Below, piece after piece: positions 55,280-64,000 of a stretch of 64,000 nucleotides of DNA (the stretch's first letter is position 1; the number at the start of each line of letters is the position of its first letter). The DNA is taken from NCBI GenBank assembly GCA_003344405.1, contig NOWV01000014.1, forward strand, positions 310,001-374,000. The letters are read 5' to 3'. A program made the position numbers and the translations under genes. The notes under the pieces were generated by a model. It saw only the letters and a program-made list of their open reading frames with translations, ran no database searches and was not told the origin of the DNA. The stretch comes from Trichoplax sp. H2. Its lineage: Eukaryota.

Positions 55280-56045
55280 GGTGATATATATTTTCTCGCA
55301 ATGTTTGTTGGCTTTAATGGACAGATGTATAGCACCATTATCCTGGAATAAACGAGAAGTTATAATCAACAACAGATAAAACAAAAAAACATAAGACTAA
55401 TATCGATCTATTATCATCATTATTTAAGTCGACATTGTCCAGATATTTATGGATTATAATCAATTAAAATGCAGACTTCTCTATTGATGTAATTTAATAA
55501 TAGATATAGATGTATCAATGTCTTTAAAGTGAAATGCATTTTATCATTTTTCATTCACTTGTTTCCATTTCTTTGATTGCTTATCACTTTAGATATGATG
55601 TAAAGTAATTTTACCTATTGGTCGTCATATTGACGTCAATAAATGAAGTAATCGTATAATAATAATAGAATAACGGCCAGCCAATAAGTAATAATGTTAC
55701 ATTGACAGGATAAAAATGAACTACTATGGCAAGTGCGATATCGTATACGGTACTAGTGTAAAAGATAGTAAATATTATTTATGACTTGTTTTCATGATAT
55801 TACTTTTGTCTTACAATAATCATAATTACCTGGAATCAGAAAGAAAGGCAGATATTATATTTATTTATAACCCTAGAGAATTGAATTATAAAGGCAGTAA
55901 TGACAGCAATGTCAGCTAATTTGAAAGCAAATGAAAGCATCGGTCATGATATATCCAGGACAAATATAAATTATTATCATAGCTAGATAGCATTTGGTAA
56001 AAGTTATGAAAGCAATATTTAGTATGGTTATAACCGTACATGTTA
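55280..56045 (-). pseudogene. Probable decayed class A GPCR
   Basis: Collinear fragments: TILNIAFITF..YLAM (TM3), YIMT (ICL2), RCFHLLSN*LTLLSLLPL (TM4, TAG at the W position), NICLSF* (ECL2 Cys), YDIALAIVVHFYPV (TM5), LKTLI (TM6), and a hydrophobic TM7-like run followed by LRENIY. Confidence 0.4.
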
Positions 56046-56710
56046 TTTTAAAGCCAATACAAAAAGCAGGTATAATCCCCTACAATCATGTTTTCTTTCT
56101 TCCTTTTTATTTTTTTCTCCTTAATATCATTTTTATAACCCTTCAATGCATTTCTTAAATAGTATGAGATGTTATTTCCTTATTGCTATTGATTCAATCT
56201 TTCGTCATATGAGTGTCTTCGCTATTAATTTATATTATTATTTTTATTACATTTGCTACTGATTGCCATTCTCCTCAGTTTTCTTCTACGTATAATTATT
56301 GTATCTGTAAGTTAACAGTAATCCCTGTAAAAGTCTTGATACTAAATCGTAGCGTAAGATTTATGTAAAACATTGTCAAGAAGTTCATCTACTGTTTAGA
56401 TGCATATTTACTCATTTGCTTAATGTATAGATTAGATATTAGAAGCTGCAGAAGAAAAGCGATCACTGCACCATTACGAAAGTTAACCAATATTTGGGGG
56501 CATTATTCTTAAGCTGTCACTATTGGTATTGCAGTACAAAGAATATTCATATTTAAGTATCAGGTAGGCCTAAAATCTTGTTTGCCACTTCGTCTTAGCT
56601 ATCGAAATTTATACCGATCAACTATTGAACGAATTTTTAAAATTTCGCAAAATTTTAAATGAACTATCGTTTCTTTGACCAAAAACCCCAGGCCATAAGT
56701 CAAGTAAGTG

Positions 56711-59700
56711 ATGAGGATGGCTGTTGTGATAAAAAATGGCGATAATCATGGAAATAATGATAGAAACGAAAGAAAACTACAACGACGCCATACTTGGTCT
56801 TGTAAAAAGGCATGGCTAGGGTTGAATAACGCTTTAGGTAGCCGGCGTTTATCAGGCGCTAAAAAACGACCAAATCGGGCAGGACCTGATACTTGGGATG
56901 GTAAGTAACTATTCGTAGTTATAAATAGCTGCACTAGTATCGTTGATTGTCTCCACAGTGACGTATAGTTAGAAATGAGAAAGCGTTTTCTTGCATCTCT
57001 ATGTATGCTCTATAATAAGTCTGTAGACAAAAGTAAATCTTCCAAATTTTTTATTTATACTTTATATAGTTTTAAAATCTGAAATATTTTCCTAAAATTA
57101 TAAAAGCATCTTTGTATAATTTAAACATTAATTTTAACCGCTTAATTCCCCAGAAAGATTATTTCATTGTTATAGTTATAGCTCAATAAATCTTTATCTT
57201 TACCCATAACTGTTTTATAGCAAAGTAATTTTATAATATGAATGACATCCATTCGTATTATTTTATGGATGTAACAGATACAGTAGTTATTAGTACCAGT
57301 AAATGTGTAAGTAACACAAGTCATCCTTCTTTACGTGATTTATTTATTTAATATTACCCAACAAAGCGATGGTCGTTTATGGTCAAATTTATCTTATTCC
57401 TTATATGAATAAGGTATTTTTATTGGGTCTCATAAGTGCTCATTTTCTACATCATTTTTAATTCTTGCACTATGTAGAAGAAGATGAGGAACAGATGCAT
57501 ACTATTCAAGGTAAAATATGGCTATACTGCCATTTATTTCATCTAGATTGACTTTATTGTGAAGAATGTTTATACACCTAGATTCTTGTTGACTACCTAA
57601 GCGATATTTTATCTAAATTTCCTTTCTCGCTTTAAACCATGCTTATAAAGTTTTTTGCATTTGGAATTTATTACCCTGAGATTTTTACTAGTAATTTCAT
57701 AAAATATCTAGTCATCTTAAACATCACAACATTCGTTTTGTTCAATATAGAAAACTGTACTAGCCTAAACTGCGTGTAAATCAAAGCTAGTACGTAAACA
57801 AGCTGTGTTTTTCCTTTATGGATTTCTCTCAAATATTACGTTGTTTTCTCGTTGATTAGATTTAGTTAAATGCATCTGTGATAATAACGAGGCTGAACTT
57901 AGAGAAATACTGAAAGCAGATGACGTTGATATCAACCAGTAAGCCTTCTGTTATAGATTATAAATGTACTTTGTTCCTGTCTATATGATTTCGCGGAATT
58001 TGTACTTTCATTTTCAATTTGTTGTTGATAATGTTAATTTAATTCAATGAAAAGTTGCTGTATTTAACGATATTTCGTAATTCTGTCATCTTTCAGACAA
58101 TATTTCGGTCAGTTAACTCCTCTTGATATTGCTATCATGTTAAATAATCAGACAATGATACAATTATTGGTATTGAATGCTGCAGAAGAGAACAAAGCTC
58201 GTAAGTAGAAAGCATAATAAATGCTCTATCCAGCATTTATCTTGCAACCTATTATTCGATCTTATATATTAAGTAAAGGCATCAATATTTCCTCATAACT
58301 GTTATTGCCATCATATAATCATAGTCATAACTACCACATAATTCTAAATAGCGACAATAATATTACTTGCTATCGAATTTTGAAAATAGACTTTTAACCA
58401 AGTATTGCGCATAAGAATTCTAATGTAAATATGTCATATAGTTTAGTCGTCAAATAAGAGAATAAACATACCTAGTCACATAATTTTCTGTAGTAAATAA
58501 TTTAACACATGGAATACATATAACGATAATTTTCGCTGGTAGTTCTAAAAGAAATAAAGTTAGCTAGTCCTAGTCTATCATAACGTAACAGTATTCTATG
58601 TACTAGCCATCATTATTCTTACCTATCAAAATGTGGCCATCATCTTTTATAAAATGTAATAAAAAAGGACTGAAAGTTTCTTATCCTATTAAAATTGAAA
58701 CAGTTGTGAAAGATCCCTATGCAAGATTAAAACAGCTGAAACAATTGGATGGTGAAATTAGCAGCAAATTAAAGGAAATATCTGCCCATAATGTCGAAGG
58801 TGCTGAAAATTTAACCAAGGTTCGAAATTGATTGCGCGCCATAATGGATAAATTGATGATAAAACTATTTATCAAGTTACATGAATTTTGAAATATCTTT
58901 TGCTTGGTATTCGTGATCAAAACCATTATGTTATTTTATGCTTCTGCTCTACAGCATTTGTAGTGATAATTAGCAGTTTATTTAAAAATTAATGATATCA
59001 CTTTCAACTACATTTCACTTTTTACACACGCTATAGGATGGTAACGATAAGCTTTTAGATGCTAAAGGGTGGAAACTAAAAAAAGAATTAGTTACTAAAA
59101 TGATACAATCTATTGATTGTGCAAGTAAGTATAGAAAGCCCTATCATAAATTCTTATAAATTAACCAGCATTTCTTCTCGTAACTTAATAGAATTATTGT
59201 TAATTGTTCGTTATACGGAAGTGTATTATGATAAAGGTTTAATTCTAACAATTTGAACAAGTTGTCAACATTCACAGAATATTTGTTGCTTTAATTAATG
59301 TAAAATATTGATCTCACTAATAGATCTTCCTGAGCCACCAATGGAGGTTTTGCTAAAAACTAGATCATCTACAACCATTATAATTAAATACGTCCCTTCA
59401 TCAGTTGATAATGGTTCAATGATAACAAATTACAAAAGTAAATAAGAATTTTGCTACGGTTCAAAAATTCAATAATTATGCATTTCAATATTTATTTTAA
59501 TTCTCTTCTTTTTAATCAGTTGAATGGAGTCGTAATTCCTCGTTTGTTCCAATTAGTGGTGAGAAAATAATTGCTTATAATGAGAAGCCAGAGCATTATT
59601 TAATGAATGTAGTACAGGCAAGTTAGGAGCTTGGATTATTTTATACCAGATACACAGTTATTTACCAAAAACTTTCTATTTATTCAGGAACATCCATGTT

Positions 59701-62700
59701 ATGTACGGGTGTCTGCCTATAATATGAGCGGCTATGGACAACCTAAGTTATCTAATCCGGAGTTCATATCTTCCAAAAGTAAGTAACACCTTTGATTTTT
59801 TTAATCATAACTACCATAACTCGGAATTTATAAAATTTTATTTTTAAATTTTATAATAGTTTACTTTTTACAATTATTACAGACTGGTACAATTACAGTG
59901 AAAGCTATCAGACTAGGAAATCTGCTTGCGTAAAATCCTTGCAAAATATTGTCGCCGAGGATATTTGTAGAATAGAAAGTGCTCTTAAAGATAACATTAG
60001 AGGTAATATCGTCTTGTTAATAAAATAAACTGATCGAATATGGATTTTTGTGTGGTATTAGCATGTATTCTTATTTGGAATACGTCAGCCTAAACATGAG
60101 AATAATGCAATCTTTATACCAAAAGTAATGCCTACTTATTTATCATATCAGCCTATCTACAAGTACTGTATTGATTTGTTTTCAAATTAGTCCAGTACTA
60201 AATGATTGAGTTATCATTTCTATGCCACCTCTTATATAAAGATTAACTGTGTATGCAGTATGTAATATTGTAGTTCACTTACACTATACTCCACTCTTGA
60301 ATCGCCTAAGAAAATAGTAAATGATTGCAACATATAATTTAATAAAAATTGACGTTTTGGTTTAATGTGAATTCAATAGCAAACGAAGTCAACGAGCCAG
60401 TACGATACGCGAGACGTCGATCAAGCACTTTACAGAAATTTTTTTTGCCATCTTTGAAACTTTCCAAGCACTTAAAACGGTACGAAAGTTTATATATTAT
60501 TTCAAAAATGAGAGATAATCATAAAATGCTATTACCGTGTCGTAAGCACGAAAGAAATTATGCTAGAAAATTCGAACAGTAGTTTTACAGTGGATTTTCA
60601 AGAGCTATATTGATTGCGTTCATTTAGTGGGTTTTTTATATTAATATTTTAATAAGCTACTAATTGAATTGGTTCAATACCTGCTATAGATGGTAATGTC
60701 TTTAAATCTATCCAATTTTCTTTTGTTATTAGAGCTATTTATTTGAGTGTTTTATTCTACACGCCAAATGGAAAAATCTTAGTTTCCGCGGATGACCTTA
60801 TCATACCTGTTATTGAAATTGATGACAGCTGCTTTAATATTACTCAACAAGAAATGGCTTGGTTTAGCAAGGTATATTCTTAAATTACTGAATCATATAT
60901 ATGAATGCTTATCCAATTATTCAATTTTGTTTTTTAATAAAGACGAACTAAAATTTATTATTACTATCCGATAATCAGTTGACATTTGCATGGGATAAAG
61001 CTCGAAAGATGCTAGAAAATATGGATTACTGTATGTCCACTACAAGTAATTTAATAAGGAAAAAAATTTTACAGTCCGTTACAGCTTATCAGGTAACTTC
61101 TATAAGGATAAATGATATAAAGGTAATACGAGATGACTAACTTTTGCACTATGATTGGTAATTGTTCATCAGCAAGCCTTTTGCATCAGTGATTTAGGAA
61201 AATTGTATCACGAGCCTATTCGTGGTGGGCAAAAATCCGTAATTTTCTGTTTGATTAATGAAATTGAGGTTAGATAATTTGCTTAAATATTGTTTATTGC
61301 CAGGTTATCATCATAATAATATTTATGTCCTTGCTTAATAGAGTCCCAATGCACTCCATACAGGAATGTCGTTTAAATGGATTTCTACTAATAAAATAGG
61401 ACGTAGATTGACGAGTTCTTCATTAGATCAGACAAACGTTAGCGAAGTATTAATGACAAGAACAAATGAGTTGATAGAATATCACGCCAAATCTTGCGTT
61501 ACTTTTTCGAGGTATCTTGAAATTTAATTGCCAAGCTGTAATAGTGTAACTGCAACTACGTTCAATGTATACTACATTTATCATACTAAAATTATTACTG
61601 GATCATTACTTAGTTACATAGTAATGTCTAAATTTTGATAGGCTTTTATCTTAATTTTTAAATACAAAATTAGGGGATTATACTTGGGTTATGTGAAGTT
61701 ACGTTGCACAATAAATGATATTGCTGTCATGACGGATGCCAGTTCGCCAAATACTTTACCATTTGAAAAAATAAGAGACAATCCTATTATTGGAAGGTTG
61801 GCGAATTGATTAAATTTTTTATGAAATTTAAAATAAATGGAATGCACAGCAGTATTCCTGTTAATACATTACAGTTCAAATTTTATAGTTAATATTTGCG
61901 TCGATAGTCTTTGAATCTGAATTGCGCCGACCTGAGCAAATATTTAATAATTTTAAATACAATGCATTATACATTTATAGACAAGAGATTGAATGGTTAC
62001 AAAATGTAGATGGTAAAAAGGTGAAAGAAACAAAAGTAGGTATTTTTAACTTAAGATATGGTATAATAGTTTCCATAGTTTGATAATATTAAAAATCATA
62101 TGAGATTTTGACGTGGGAATAACGTTTCTTAATCGTTTTATAATTAGGTTGCGGACTCTCGAAATGGTAGCTTGTTAAATTTTCAAAAAGCATTGGGTAG
62201 TGCCGCTAGAAAATTACTGTGGCGATTAGATCCTGAGGAGGTAAGCATTTACATAGACAATATCACACTTTATATATTTGATCAGGCAATAATAATTAAT
62301 TTCTATTATTTATTGATATAGAAAAAATATGATCACTATCTCTTAATGAACTGTAAAGTTGTGGAATTAAATGAAAATGTCACTTTTATATTGATTCATC
62401 CATCCGCTGATTCTATCAACTGTATAAAAAATGATGCTAATTCTATAACGGCTAATGGGTATTACTTCCTTCCTATAACGCATTTTGAATTAGGCAAGTA
62501 TAAATAGAGCATGAATATTGCTATCAGACTATCAATATTTTGTGATACTTTAGTAGTGCATTTAGCGATGATATTGCTGTCCGACTGCTGTTTATGTTAT
62601 TGATGGAATGTATACTTACGACGGTTATTATACTTTAGCTTGTTTGTATATGTATGAACCGGAAATAGTCCAGTCATATTGTTGGCTTTCACTTATTCTA

Positions 62701-63322
62701 AATGTTCTAGAAAATATGGCAAAGAGGGCTGAGAGAGAGGTACTTATGTTAATAATGATGGGATATCCTTCAATTTGATGTTAATAAAGAATCTTATTTA
62801 GGATTATACTTTTCTTTTTTGTTATTATGCCATATTTACTATATTTCAAGTAATAGTAAAGTTTGGAGCTGCTTCTAAACGTAGCATCAAACTTTTATTC
62901 TTGATTACTTTAAAACGAATGTGATCTATCAATTATACTGATATTAAAGAATACTTAGAATTTCCTATCAAATCTTATTCACTTATTAGGCAATAACACA
63001 ATCAGAAACTATGTTGGCTAAGAAACAATATCAGGAGATTATCAACTTAACAGAGGTAATAGTTGATAAGATTGCAGTAGTTTAATGAAGCAAAAAGTAT
63101 TTTTTACTCTATCAAATCTAACCATAAATTACCTTTTCGAATTTTTCTAATAAGATACTTGTCTTTTGATATTTTTAACTCGGTATCCGATGAAAATTGT
63201 AGTCTTTAGAAGCAAATTGGAAGGATATGCGATGGATTGGCGAAACCGCTTGCTATATAAGCGGACGGAATAAAGCTAAACTTTTGTACAGTGTTCCGTT
63301 GGCTCGTGTTTTGCAGCCATAG
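56711..63322 (+). CDS. ANKFN1: Ankyrin repeat and fibronectin type III domain-containing protein 1 (wide awake/Banderuola/Nmf9 family), about 22 exons; exact start uncertain
   Basis: Ankyrin LTPLDIAIMLNN (exon 58097-58200). FN3 PEPPMEV..ITNYKIEWS..YVRVSAYNMSGYG. Family motifs AIYLSVLFY..IPVIEIDD, DLGKLYHEP, RGLYLGYVKL..NTLPFEKIRDNP..EIEWL, FLPITHFEL and WKDMRWI. Last exon 63203-63322 (stop TAG). Confidence 0.9.
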
Positions 63323-64000
63323 TCAATTATTGATGCAATACTAGTTCGAGATTACGCTGATTTAGCTAAATCATTTAGTAATACAAATCTCGAATTGCTA
63401 TAGACGCTGAAACTACTTTAAACGCTAATTTGCTGCGAAATTATTTGTAACATTTGCATATACTGACGTACTTTATAGTTTATTTCTATATATGAATGTA
63501 CAGCGTTTACATACGTGTTTTCAGAATAAAGTTTTATTTGTTTGAGAGCAGATTCGCTATTTCTCCGGCGTGCTATATGATTTGTCTTGTATAATTATTT
63601 GTCAGAAATACACTGTAATTGACAATTGCAAAGTTTTATCAAGACCTCAAGCAATAATTTTGCGTTATTATTATATTAAACTACAACAAATATTTGTCTA
63701 GACTATAGTTGTTTTATTTCGAGTGATGGTAACTGTTATGAGTAGAAACATCTATTGGCAAGTACTTTATATCATATATCTATTTTAATGGAGTCAAATA
63801 AATATGGTACTTCTCATAACTAAATGTCATTATTTGTGAGTCGTTTGTACTGATTGTAAAGTTCGAAATAAGTCAATCAGATCTACAGCTGTCACTGGCT
63901 TATAGTACAATTAATAATTGGATTTAAAACTGTCATGAATAGATTAATTTTTCAAACATTGTTGATAGCTGCAGGCGTTTGCTTGCCTTAATAAACAAAC

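Overview
AT-rich, intron-rich, compact animal genomic DNA. Short GT-AG introns and the gene content suggest a placozoan such as Trichoplax, but that is an inference. Seven protein-coding genes can be assembled by hand: the 3' part of CCDC40 (+), HID1 (-, about 28 exons), TBC1D16 (+), an intronless divergent TPMT-like methyltransferase (+), cyclin F (+), mitochondrial tyrosyl-tRNA synthetase YARS2 (-) and ANKFN1/wide-awake (+). Features the ORF track does not show: (i) a small spliced gene head-to-head with cyclin F, whose C-terminus resembles a Cip/Kip CDK-inhibitor domain and which shares a CDE/CHR + CCAAT + Myb-type promoter; (ii) palindromic TAC(A/T)GTA repeat islands concentrated at gene 5' ends; (iii) several decayed class A GPCR-like remnants and other pseudogene debris in the ~19 kb gap between YARS2 and ANKFN1; (iv) three GC-AG introns; (v) linkage of genes whose human orthologs are on 17q. 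No tRNA, rRNA, CRISPR array or intact transposon was recognised.
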